A stretch of 64,000 bases of DNA from an uncultured Actinomycetes bacterium. GTDB lineage: Bacteria; Actinomycetota; Acidimicrobiia; IMCC26256; DASPTH01. Position 1 is the first letter of the stretch, and each line of letters opens with the position of its first letter. The translations under genes and the position numbers were made by a program. Below, in pieces: positions 30,789-39,958 of this stretch. The stretch covers positions 172,401 through 236,400 of the forward strand of contig CAVVPD010000009.1 of NCBI GenBank assembly GCA_963750045.1, in the 5' to 3' direction. The notes under the pieces were generated by a model. It was not told where the DNA came from. It saw only the letters and a list, made by a program, of their open reading frames with translations, and did no database searches.

Positions 30789-31915
30789 CGACCGTCATGG
30801 CTTCGGGGATGTGGGATCAGGTCGTCGGTCAGGATCGGGCGGTGGCGTTGTTGCAGCGCGCCGCCGAGCGGCCGCTGCACGCCTACCTGCTGGTCGGCCC
30901 GCGCGGCTCGGGCATCGAGGAAGCGGCCCGCTGCTTCGCCGCCGCGGTGGTCGCGCCCGGTGGCGACGAGCGTGCGTGGGATCTCGTGCTGCGCGGTGTG
31001 CATCCCGACGTCGTCGAGATCGACCCGCCGGCCACCCAGATCCGGGTGGAGGACGTCCAGACGATCGTCGACGAGGCGTACCGGAGCCCGATCGAGGGTG
31101 CGCGCAAGGTGATCGTGCTCTTCGACGCCGAGCGCATGCGGATGAACGAGGCGGCCGCCAACAAGCTCCTCAAGACGCTCGAGGAGCCACCGCCGAGCGC
31201 CATGATCGTGCTCGTCACGTCGGGTGCCGACCAGCTGCTGCCGACGATCCGGTCGCGCTGCCAGCGAATCGACTTCGCGTTCCTCGGCACGGAGGCGGTC
31301 GCGTCGGCCCTCCAGGCCGGTGGTGTGGCGCCCGATCGAGCCGAGCTGCTCGCCCGGCTCGCCGGTGGCCGCCTCGATCGGGCCCGGGCCCTCGACGGCC
31401 GCCTCGGCCCCGTCCGCGAGACGTTCGTCGCCCTCACCGAAGCCATCGACGGCACCGGCGGCGCGGCGGCCGCGCAGGCCGAGCTGGTGCAGGTCGCGCT
31501 GCGGGAAGCCCTCACCGACATGGAGACCGCTCAGGCGACGGAGCTCGAGGAGCTCGCGACGGAGCTCGAGGCCGCGGGCTATCCCGAGCGCACGCGCCGC
31601 GCTCAGCTCCGCCGGCTCGAGGAGCGCCACAAGCGTGCGCATCGCCGGGCCCGGATCGACGCGCTCCTCGAGGGGATCACCGCGCTCGAAACCGTCTACC
31701 GCGACGCGATGGCAGGTCCCGGTAGCCCGCGCCTCAACCTCGACCGCGATGCGCTGCGACTCGACGCACGGGCCGCCGCCGCCGCGCTCGACGCGTGCCG
31801 CGCCGCCCGACGGGCGATCGCGGAGCACAACCCCAACGAGACGCTGCTCGTCGAGCGGCTGCTCCTGCACCTACCCGCGGCCGGAGGGGCGACCAACGGC
31901 CTGCAGGGACGCTGA
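30785..31915 (+). CDS. holB: DNA polymerase III subunit delta'
   Basis: WDQVVGQD, HAYLLVGPRGSG, HPDV, AAANKLLKTLEEPP, LLPTIRSRC; follows tmk. Confidence 0.9.
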   Translation: MTTVMASGMWDQVVGQDRAVALLQRAAERPLHAYLLVGPRGSGIEEAARCFAAAVVAPGGDERAWDLVLRGVHPDVVEIDPPATQIRVEDVQTIVDEAYRSPIEGARKVIVLFDAERMRMNEAAANKLLKTLEEPPPSAMIVLVTSGADQLLPTIRSRCQRIDFAFLGTEAVASALQAGGVAPDRAELLARLAGGRLDRARALDGRLGPVRETFVALTEAIDGTGGAAAAQAELVQVALREALTDMETAQATELEELATELEAAGYPERTRRAQLRRLEERHKRAHRRARIDALLEGITALETVYRDAMAGPGSPRLNLDRDALRLDARAAAAALDACRAARRAIAEHNPNETLLVERLLLHLPAAGGATNGLQGR

Positions 31916-32104
31916 GCCCGTTTCCCGGGCCGGAGTGGCCGTTTTCATTCAGCCCGCCGCGACACCCAGTTCACCACGAGCGAACGCTCGCGTCATTCGT
32001 CGTTCGTAGCGTACGTGTCCAGGTGAGCCGGGAAGTCTGGTCGGCCTGTCGTCGGGTCACAACGACGGCAGCACATCCGTCAATCGTGATGGAGCCGCGC
32101 CCCG

Positions 32105-32623
32105 ATGACCGCTTCACCCAATTCGACCGAGATCGTCGAGTCGTGCGCTCCGGCGCACGTGGCCCCCGAGCATCCGCAGGGTGCGGTCGAGGCGTCTCCG
32201 GTGCGCCACGGCGCGCAGCTGGGCCTCGCCCGCATCCTCCTGTCGCCCGCGGCAGAGGAGCTCTGTCGCGCCTCCGTCGGCACTCAACCGATGACGAGGT
32301 GTGCGGTCACCGAGGCGTCCGTCGCGCGCCAGACGACCCCGGTGATCGACGACGACGGGCTGTTGTGGTGGTGTGGGTCATGGGTCGCGATCCCCGACGC
32401 GCAGCTCCCGCTCGCGCGCACGCTGGTCGCGCACTTCCAGAGAAGTGTCCCCGACTCGACGTTGGCGTCGGCCTACCGGTCCCGGACGGGCTCGGCGTCG
32501 TCGATCGTGGTCGGCGGGGCGCTTCGCCGGCTCGGTGACCGAGTGGCCAGGTGCGGCCTCACCCTCCGGCGGATCCGCGGTCGCGGGTACATCCTCGATG
32601 GGGCGTTCGCACCCGTCAGCTGA
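32105..32623 (+). CDS. Protein with C-terminal OmpR/PhoB-like winged-helix domain and no receiver domain
   Basis: PVIDDDGLLWWCGSWVAIP...ALRRLGDRVARCGLTLRRIRGRGYILD matches the wHTH recognition helix and wing. Start uncertain. Confidence 0.6.
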   Translation: MTASPNSTEIVESCAPAHVAPEHPQGAVEASPVRHGAQLGLARILLSPAAEELCRASVGTQPMTRCAVTEASVARQTTPVIDDDGLLWWCGSWVAIPDAQLPLARTLVAHFQRSVPDSTLASAYRSRTGSASSIVVGGALRRLGDRVARCGLTLRRIRGRGYILDGAFAPVS

Positions 32624-32718
32624 CCGTCAGAATACTGCCGCTTCTCTGTCAGGTTACTGCCTCTTCTCTGTCAGATGACTGACGCTGATCTGACACGCGG
32701 CAGAGACGGGGGCGACAC
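32615..32718 (+). promoter_or_regulatory. Phased operator array upstream of amtB
   Basis: GTCAG-N4-CTG(C/A)C at 32626, 32648 and 32670 (22-bp period), then GACAC-N6-GAGAC-N6-GACAC at 32692-32718 (GlnR-box-like 11-bp period). Confidence 0.6.
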
Positions 32719-32812
32719 CGGGCGTCCGTAGCTTCGTCATCGCACGGTCGGCCGGATGAACAACGTCCATCGCCGAACGCGCGTCCACATTTCCGACACA
32801 AGGGGAACTCGC

Positions 32813-34156
32813 GTGAAATCCAAGCTCCTGATTGTGCCGGCGATCGCAATGAGCGCAGTTGTCGTAGGTGCATCACCCGCGTTCGCCGCAGATGGCGGTG
32901 GCGCGGCCGGTGTGCAGGCGATCCTCGACAACATCTGGGTCCTCGTCGCTGCCGTCCTGGTGATCTTCATGCAGGCCGGCTTCGCTCTCGTCGAGGCAGG
33001 CCTCACTCGCGGCAAGAACGTGAGCAACATCATGATGAAGAACCTGATGGACTTCTGTTGTGGTGTGCTCGCGTTCGCTCTCGTCGGCTTCACCATTGCC
33101 TTCGGCGACGGAAACGACCTCTTCGGCCACACCGGGTGGATGCTCGATCCGGCCCGTTACGACTTCGGGTCGCTCTCGTTGCCGACGTACTTCATCTTCC
33201 AGGTGGCGTTCGCGGCCACGGCGGCGACGATCGTCTCCGGGGCGATGGCGGAACGCACGAAGTTCAAGAGCTACATCGTCTACTCGGTGTTCATCACCGC
33301 TCTGGTGTACCCGGTCGTTGTCCATTGGGTGTGGGGTGGCGGGTGGCTGGCCAACCTCGACACGCCGTTCGTGGACTTTGCCGGCTCCACCATCGTCCAC
33401 AGCGTCGGCGGCTGGGCCGCGCTGATGGGGGCAATGATCCTCGGTCCCCGCATCGGGAAGTACGGGCCCGATGGCAAGCCGCGGGCCATCCCGGGGCACT
33501 CGGTACCCTTCGCGATCGTCGGTGTGTTCATCCTGCTGGTCGGTTGGTTCGGGTTCAACCCCGGGTCCGAGTTGGCCGCCGACATGGCCGTGACCGCCAT
33601 CGCGGTCACCACGGTCCTCGCGGCGGCGGCGGGCGCGGTCACCAGCATGATCACGATCTGGCTGCTCACCGGCAAGCCCGACGTGGCGATGACCGGGAAC
33701 GGCGTGCTCGCGGGCCTCGTCGGCATCACCGCCGGGTGTGCCGCCGTGAGCAACTGGGGTGCAGTCGTCATCGGCGGCCTGGCCGGGATCATCGTCGTGT
33801 TCGCCGTGCTGTTCTTCGACCGGATCCGGATCGACGACCCGGTCGGCGCGATCTCCGTACACGGCGTGTGCGGAGCGTGGGGCACCCTGGCCGTCGGCCT
33901 GTTCGCCACCGAGGGCGGGTTGTTCTACGGCGACGGCGCTGACCAGCTCGTGACCCAGTTCATCGGCGTGGTCGCGGTCTTCGCCTTCGTCACCATCACG
34001 ACGGGGCTGCTGTTCCTGGCGCTCAAGCACACGATCGGTCTGCGCGTCAGCGCAGAGGAGGAGGTCGAGGGCCTCGACGTCCACGAGCACGGCGCGGCTG
34101 GCTATGGCATCGAGGTCTTCTCGAGCGGTGCCGGCTCCTCGTCCGCCGGCGCCTAG
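32813..34156 (+). CDS. amtB: Ammonium transporter
   Basis: FMQAGFALVEAG, FQVAFAATAATIVSGAMAER, DFAGSTIVH, GWFGFN, DDPVGAISVHG (twin His present); signal-peptide-like N-terminus. Confidence 0.96.
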   Translation: MKSKLLIVPAIAMSAVVVGASPAFAADGGGAAGVQAILDNIWVLVAAVLVIFMQAGFALVEAGLTRGKNVSNIMMKNLMDFCCGVLAFALVGFTIAFGDGNDLFGHTGWMLDPARYDFGSLSLPTYFIFQVAFAATAATIVSGAMAERTKFKSYIVYSVFITALVYPVVVHWVWGGGWLANLDTPFVDFAGSTIVHSVGGWAALMGAMILGPRIGKYGPDGKPRAIPGHSVPFAIVGVFILLVGWFGFNPGSELAADMAVTAIAVTTVLAAAAGAVTSMITIWLLTGKPDVAMTGNGVLAGLVGITAGCAAVSNWGAVVIGGLAGIIVVFAVLFFDRIRIDDPVGAISVHGVCGAWGTLAVGLFATEGGLFYGDGADQLVTQFIGVVAVFAFVTITTGLLFLALKHTIGLRVSAEEEVEGLDVHEHGAAGYGIEVFSSGAGSSSAGA

Positions 34157-34507
<351 letters not shown>

Positions 34508-34633
34508 GTGCGAAGCCATCTCGCGGAATCGAGTCGGGCGGTGGTCGGCGCGTGCAGCGCGGGTCACCGCCCGGTCCGCGTCCGCGGATGTCCGTCGAGG
34601 AGCGTCAGCCGTAACCGGTACACTCGCCGCCGC

Positions 34634-34709
34634 GCCGGAGTAGCTCAGACGGCAGAGCAGCTCACTCGTAATGAGCAGGTCAAGGGTTCAAGTCCCTTCT
34701 CCGGCTCCA
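34634..34709 (+). tRNA. tRNA-Thr (CGT)
   Basis: GCCGGAG/CTCCGGC acceptor stem, GCTCA CTCGTAA TGAGC anticodon arm, GGTTCAAGTCC T-arm, encoded CCA. Confidence 0.97.
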
Positions 34710-34810
34710 CTCGCCGAATCGAACCTCGCCCGAGCACGCTCGTCGTGTCTGCGCGCGATACTCCGCACCCACGGAGGCCTCGAAGTCTCTGAGCCGGTGA
34801 AGGGGGTCGA

Positions 34811-35531
34811 GTGACGGAGTTGCCGTCGGGGACGGTCACGTTCCTGTTCACCGACATCGAGGGCGCGCTATGCGTCTGCCGCGCCTCACCAACAGGGCTG
34901 GGTGAATGTTCTGACGACCGCGACGCTCGCGATGTCGTATCTGCTCCAGGGTGAGCCCGAACTGGCGTGCGAGCAGTCTCGCAAGGCGTTGGCGATCGCA
35001 CGCCACGGTGGAAGCCCGTCTGCATCGGGCTTGGCGGAGTACGTGTACGGCTGGACGACGATGTACGCCGACCCAGAGGTTGCGCTCGCCGCGTTCGACG
35101 AGTCGGTCCGTCTGGCGCGTGCCGGCGCGAACGACGTGTACCTTGCGCACTCGATGGTGCGGGCCGCGGTGCTCCGAGCGCCTACCGATCCCGCACGGGC
35201 CCGCCGCGACCTGGCGGAGGCGGTCGCCTCTGCGAGTGAGGTGGGATCGCTGGTCACCTCGATGTCCGTCCTCGACTACGGCATCGGGGTCACTGCGATC
35301 GCCGGTCCCGCGGAGGCTGGCGCCGCGATGATCGGCTTCGTCGAACGTGGCGACTCCATCTCGCTCAACCCCGTTGCCGGAGAGGAAGCCGTCGCCCGTC
35401 GCGAGGCGATCGAGCAAATCGGGACTCGTCTCGGGGAGGCGCAGTTCGTGCTCATGACGGCTCGGGGCGCGCAGATGTCGTATGAAGAGCTCACCGAATG
35501 GCTCGCGACGGCACTGGCCGCGGACGAATGA
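34811..35531 (+). pseudogene. Internally deleted class III cyclase-ATPase-TPR regulator
   Basis: VTELPSGTVTFLFTDIEG (cyclase N-terminus) is joined out of frame to a helical-repeat C-terminus ending ARGAQMSYEELTEWLATAL. Confidence 0.7.
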
Positions 35532-35779
35532 CCGAGGAAGGTCGTCGGATGTGAATGCCGGTCGCCGTCGGGGACGGTCACTCTCTTGCTCATCTATCTG
35601 GAGGGTTCGACGCCGCGATGTCCTGTGGCGAGCTCGTCGGCTACAGCATCGAGCAACCCGAGCAATCCGATCCGGATCTCGACGACGCGCAGAGCTGATA
35701 GCCGTGCGCCGTTCGCTCATGAAGACCTGAACTGGGACCAGGCACAGCGGGCCGTAGCGCAGCACTCGGCTCGTTCTCT

Positions 35780-35825
35780 CTCGTAATGAGCAGGTCAAGG
35801 GTTCAAGTCCCTTCTCCGGCTCCAC
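35780..35825 (+). repeat. Duplicated 3' portion of tRNA-Thr (attR)
   Basis: CTCGTAATGAGCAGGTCAAGGGTTCAAGTCCCTTCTCCGGCTCCAC is identical to 34665-34710. Confidence 0.95.
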
Positions 35826-35926
35826 CGTCACGTCGGCCCAGCAGGAGGGCGCGCGCCAGCGGCTCTGGTGCGAGTGGTCGCGCTCCACAGCGCTCCAGCA
35901 GCGAAGCAGTGGAAGAATGCCGCGCG

Positions 35927-37174
35927 ATGTCTGTTGATCATCGAGCCACCGTCGTCATCATCGGCGGCGGGCACAACGGGTTGGCCATGAGCAGGCGCTT
36001 GTCGGAGCGCGCGATCGATCATGTCGTGCTGGAGCGGGGCGACGTCGCCACGTCGTGGCGCAACCAGCGATGGGACTCGTTCACGCTGCTCACACCGAAC
36101 TGGCAGACCCGGCTCCCAGGCGGGGAGTACGGCGGTGACGAACCGGACGGCTTCATGACCGGAGCCGAGGTCGTCGACTTCATCGGCACGTACGCCGACT
36201 CGATCGGCGCTCCGGTCCGAGCCGGAACGACGGTGACCGCCGTGCGAGGTGCCACCGACGGCTACGAGGTGGCAACGGACCACGGCACGTGGCGGTGTCG
36301 GTGCGTCGTACTCGCCGGAGGTCCTGCCAATCTCTCGAACGTCCCGGATTTCGCGGTCACGGTGCCCGCCCACATCACGCAAGTCAACCCACTCGAGTAC
36401 CGCAATCCCGACCAGCTGGGGTCGGGCGGTGTCCTCGTCGTCGGTGCGGCCGCGACCGGCGTCCAGCTCGCGGAGGAGATCCACGCTTCAGGCCGTCCGG
36501 TCACGCTGTCGACGGGTGAGCACGTCCGGATGCCGCGTACATACCGGGGTCGTGACATCCAGCACTGGATGGAGGTCATCGGGCGGCTCGACGAGCGTTA
36601 CGACGAGGTCGAAGAGGTCTTACGGGCGCGCGGTGTGGCGTCGCCCCAGCTCGTGGGGACGCCGGAACGGCGGACGATCGATCTCAATCACCTCAGCGCT
36701 GCCGGTGTGCAGCTCCGCGGCCGCCTCGGGAGTGTCCGCGACGGCCTCGCCCTGTTCTCGGGGGGGCTGGCCAACCACTGCGCCCTGGCCGACCAGAAGC
36801 TCGGAAGACTCCTCGACGACATCGACACCTGGGTCACCCGACACGGCCTCGACGGCGAAGTCGACCCGCCGGAGCGATACGAGCCGACCCGAGTGGCCCG
36901 AGGGCTGCCGCTCACACTCGACCTGGACCGCGGCGAGATCCAGACGATCGTCTGGGCGACAGGCTTCGGACCCGACCTCTCGTGGGTCGAGCTCCCGGTC
37001 TTCGATCCGGGCGGCCGTTTACGCCACGAGGGCGGTGTGGTCGACGCGCCCGGCGTCTACTTCCTCGGTGCGACCTTCCTGCGGCGTCGGCGATCGAGCT
37101 TCATCCACGGTGCCGAGGCGGATTCCCGGGATCTGGCCGATCACCTCCGCGACCATCTGGGACGTCGCGTGTGA
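35927..37174 (+). CDS. Flavin-containing monooxygenase-like FAD/NAD(P)H oxidoreductase
   Basis: VVIIGGGHNG, WRNQRWDSFTLLTPNW, EYRNPDQL, VLVVGAAATGVQLAEE, WATGF. Confidence 0.88.
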   Translation: MSVDHRATVVIIGGGHNGLAMSRRLSERAIDHVVLERGDVATSWRNQRWDSFTLLTPNWQTRLPGGEYGGDEPDGFMTGAEVVDFIGTYADSIGAPVRAGTTVTAVRGATDGYEVATDHGTWRCRCVVLAGGPANLSNVPDFAVTVPAHITQVNPLEYRNPDQLGSGGVLVVGAAATGVQLAEEIHASGRPVTLSTGEHVRMPRTYRGRDIQHWMEVIGRLDERYDEVEEVLRARGVASPQLVGTPERRTIDLNHLSAAGVQLRGRLGSVRDGLALFSGGLANHCALADQKLGRLLDDIDTWVTRHGLDGEVDPPERYEPTRVARGLPLTLDLDRGEIQTIVWATGFGPDLSWVELPVFDPGGRLRHEGGVVDAPGVYFLGATFLRRRRSSFIHGAEADSRDLADHLRDHLGRRV

Positions 37175-37181
37175 GCGGCCG

Positions 37182-37958
37182 TCAGCGCTTCGTGCCGACG
37201 TAGCCGAACACCTGGATCTGTCCGCGCAACGGGAGGCCGTCGCGCACGTGCTCCGCGGCGAGCCGGGTCGCTCGGGCGACGAACTCGGCTTCGCCGATGC
37301 TCTGGATCGCTTCGTAGGCGGGGCCCGTTGCCGCGAGCCCGCGCGCGTAGGTCGCGGGGTCGGGGAATTCGAAGGCGAAGGGGACCTCGAACCGCTCGGC
37401 AACGTCGAAGCCGTAGTCGCCGAGGAACTGCTCACCGACGCCCGGGCGTCCGAGCACCACCATGTCGGCCTGATGCTGGATCTTCTCGCCCGTCGCCCAC
37501 AGAAAGGGCTCGAGCATCCACGCACCGGGCGACTTGCCGACGTTGCCCCATACGGTGATCGCGAGACGACCGCCGGGCACCAGGACCCGCTGAGCTTCCG
37601 CCACCGCGGCCGGTGTCGTGCCCCAGATGCCACGGAAGCTGGTGACCACGTCGAAGGTCTTGGCCGGCCAGGGCAGGTCCTGCATGTCGCCGACTCGAAC
37701 GTCGCACCCGGGATTGCGGTCCCGCGCGACGGCAACGAGGCGCGGCGAGGCGTCGATGCCGGCGCAGCTCGCGCCCCGGATCCTCGCCAGTTCGATCGCC
37801 AAACCCGATCCGCACGCCACGTCCAGGAGTCGGTCGCCTCCTTCGGTGCCGAGCCGATGGTGCACGGCGACGTACTCCCGGCAGTTCGCCGGTTCCGCCA
37901 GGGTCGCGAAGTCCACCGCCGCACGCCCCCAACCCTCGTCCACCATTTCCCACGTCAC
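37182..37958 (-). CDS. Class I SAM-dependent methyltransferase
   Basis: LLDVACGSG, GIDAS, GDMQDLP, RVLVPGG. Confidence 0.9.
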   Translation of the reverse strand: MTWEMVDEGWGRAAVDFATLAEPANCREYVAVHHRLGTEGGDRLLDVACGSGLAIELARIRGASCAGIDASPRLVAVARDRNPGCDVRVGDMQDLPWPAKTFDVVTSFRGIWGTTPAAVAEAQRVLVPGGRLAITVWGNVGKSPGAWMLEPFLWATGEKIQHQADMVVLGRPGVGEQFLGDYGFDVAERFEVPFAFEFPDPATYARGLAATGPAYEAIQSIGEAEFVARATRLAAEHVRDGLPLRGQIQVFGYVGTKR

Positions 37959-38074
37959 GAGGCTCCCCCCACTTCTCGTCGCCTCGTCACCCTAGGAGTC
38001 CGGCAGCGGCTGGTGCACGGCCCCGGTCCCTGAGATACTGGCGACACGGCACAGTGGGAAGGGAAGAGAGCCAA

Positions 38075-38617
38075 GTGGAAGAAACCAACGGTGTTCCCTG
38101 CGAGAAGATGTTCGGTGCCATCGCGAAGTTTCGCGACGACGGCGACCTCGCCCAGTTCCGCTTCACCGCCACGAACGAGTGGGTCGAGGGAACCGCAAGC
38201 GAATCGAGGATCTACGAGTGGCACGGCATGGGCGCCGACCAGGTCCATGTCGACGAGTTCGTGTACAAGGCGGACCATCCCACGCTGGGCCATGGGCACG
38301 GTCCGACGCCCCAGGAGTTCGTGCTGCACGCCTTGGCCTCGTGCATCACGGCGGGCATCATCACCGGCGCGGCCGCGCGAGGCGTCGAGTTGCACAAGGT
38401 GTCGTCGCGCGTGAGTGCCGACATCGATGTACGCGGAGTCCTGGGCATTGATCCAGACGTCCGTAAGGGATTCAGCAACGTCGACATCGACTTCACCATC
38501 GACGGAGTCTGCGATGACGAGCAGAAGGACGCGTTGCTCGCCGCCGGGGCCAAGTACTCCGCCGTGTTCGACATGCTGGCCAACCCGACCGAAGTGAGCG
38601 TCTCGCGTAGCGTCTGA
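38075..38617 (+). CDS. OsmC-like protein (single-Cys subfamily)
   Basis: ADHPTLGHGHGPTPQEFVLHALASCIT, DIDVRGVLG, YSAVFDML. Confidence 0.85.
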   Translation: MEETNGVPCEKMFGAIAKFRDDGDLAQFRFTATNEWVEGTASESRIYEWHGMGADQVHVDEFVYKADHPTLGHGHGPTPQEFVLHALASCITAGIITGAAARGVELHKVSSRVSADIDVRGVLGIDPDVRKGFSNVDIDFTIDGVCDDEQKDALLAAGAKYSAVFDMLANPTEVSVSRSV

Positions 38618-38884
38618 GCAGCTCCGGTCGCGTCGCTGGGCGGGCTGCTCGCCCTCGATCGACCGCGAAGTGCGACATTGGTGGACGGAGAACGGACGCG
38701 ACGCGTCGCCGGTGTTCGTCAGGTCGCGCTCATGGAGAGTTGAGCACCAGTTCATCGCCTCGCCATCGGAACGTCGCGGCGACCCTGGCAGGCTGATCGT
38801 CGACGATCGACGCGCGCCGGATCCTCTCCCCCCGGAACCGGCCGCGTCGGCGTCCCGTGCCACCGCGACGAGAGGAGCCAGACC

Positions 38885-39061
38885 ATGATCCACAGCTCTC
38901 GCAGTCGACGCCCAGTCTTGGTCTGCGGCGAGACCCGACGACGGCGACACGGCTATCAACTCCGGTGTCTCTTGCCTTCCGACCACGGCGGCGCACATCG
39001 CTGGACACCCGAGCTCGTGACCGAGACGTCGGCGCGGACGATATCCGGCGAGCCCGCGTAG
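38885..39061 (+). CDS. Putative 58-aa small protein with a C-x13-C-x5-H-x3-H motif
   Basis: SD GAGAGGAG 7 nt before the ATG; MIHSSRSRRPVLVCGETRRRRHGYQLRCLLPSDHGGAHRWTPEL...; below the ORF-track cut-off. Confidence 0.5.
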   Translation: MIHSSRSRRPVLVCGETRRRRHGYQLRCLLPSDHGGAHRWTPELVTETSARTISGEPA

Positions 39062-39162
39062 TCCCCTGCCTCTCGGCTGCGTCGTGCTCGTCGGAACTGG
39101 GTCCGCCACCCGCGTGTCCCACGCCCGAGCGCCGAGTCCCGGGGTCTCGCGGCTGGCGGGGC

Positions 39163-39909
39163 CTACGTGTACTGCACGCGGACGTGCTTGGCGTACTCCT
39201 CCGGGTCGATCTCGACGTCCTCGAGCACGTGGAAGAATTCCGACGACGTCATCATGTAGCGCATCCCCTCGTGCTCGAGCACGGGAAGGTCGGCCACCGG
39301 CGTGCCGGGAAGGTCGCGCAGCACCAGCTTCCCCTCGACGCGCTCACACGTCTCGGGCTTCATCGTCTGGTGCAGGGTGACGAGGAACGGGCCGGCGTCG
39401 AACCCGGTCCCCGACACCGCGGGCAGGAACTTGTACCAGAACTGCATCACCGGGTAGGGCTCGGGTACCGGCAGGCTCCCGGTGACGTCGCCGACGACCT
39501 CGATGATGGTGACGCCCTGGCGCGTGACGCCCGCCTTGATGTGATTCCCCTCCCGGCTGAACTCCATCGCCGCCAACTTCTTCGGCTCGCCGTTCGTCTC
39601 GCGGCTGGGGGAGACGGCGGTCTCGAGGTCGATGGGCATCACCGCGCAGAACTGCCCGGGTTGGTCCCCGTACATCGCGTCGAGGAGGAACGAGCACACG
39701 ATCTCGTGGAGCTTGCCCCCCACCTCGATCCTCGTGAAGTGGACGCGGACGCGTGGCTCCGGCGGCGCGGTCAGCGGGGGCGGCAGCACCTGTTCGTGGA
39801 TCGCGGGATCGGTGAGATACGTGACCTCGAGACGGGCGTTCGCGGGGAACGGCACGGTCGAGCCGCCCTCACCGTTCACGGCTTCCTGGAGCCAACGGTT
39901 CTGGGTCAT
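39163..39909 (-). CDS. Acetoacetate decarboxylase-like protein
   Basis: YLTDPAIHEQVLPPPL and RETNGEPKKLA (Schiff-base Lys motif). Confidence 0.85.
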   Translation of the reverse strand: MTQNRWLQEAVNGEGGSTVPFPANARLEVTYLTDPAIHEQVLPPPLTAPPEPRVRVHFTRIEVGGKLHEIVCSFLLDAMYGDQPGQFCAVMPIDLETAVSPSRETNGEPKKLAAMEFSREGNHIKAGVTRQGVTIIEVVGDVTGSLPVPEPYPVMQFWYKFLPAVSGTGFDAGPFLVTLHQTMKPETCERVEGKLVLRDLPGTPVADLPVLEHEGMRYMMTSSEFFHVLEDVEIDPEEYAKHVRVQYT

Positions 39910-39958
39910 GCACACTCCTGTCGGAAGTAGGAAGCGAACGAGATCGTGGCCGTCCCGT

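Larger units (their letters stand above)
34665..35825 (+). mobile_element. Degenerate tRNA-integrated element (attL/attR relic) with no integrase
   Basis: Identical 46-bp direct repeat at 34665-34710 and 35780-35825, starting in the anticodon loop; encloses gene fragments only. Confidence 0.75.

Noticed and set aside
9539-31915. tad locus next to the DUF1998 helicase, hppA, topA, tmk and holB as a novel or defence system
   Set aside because: This is known conserved actinobacterial synteny (Rv3660c-Rv3644c region and its Streptomyces equivalent). No DISARM or other defence partners are present.
34848-35888. ORFs containing 'VEPEKGLEPLTCSLR'
   Set aside because: These are antisense translations of the tRNA-Thr sequence and its att copy, a classic spurious ORF.
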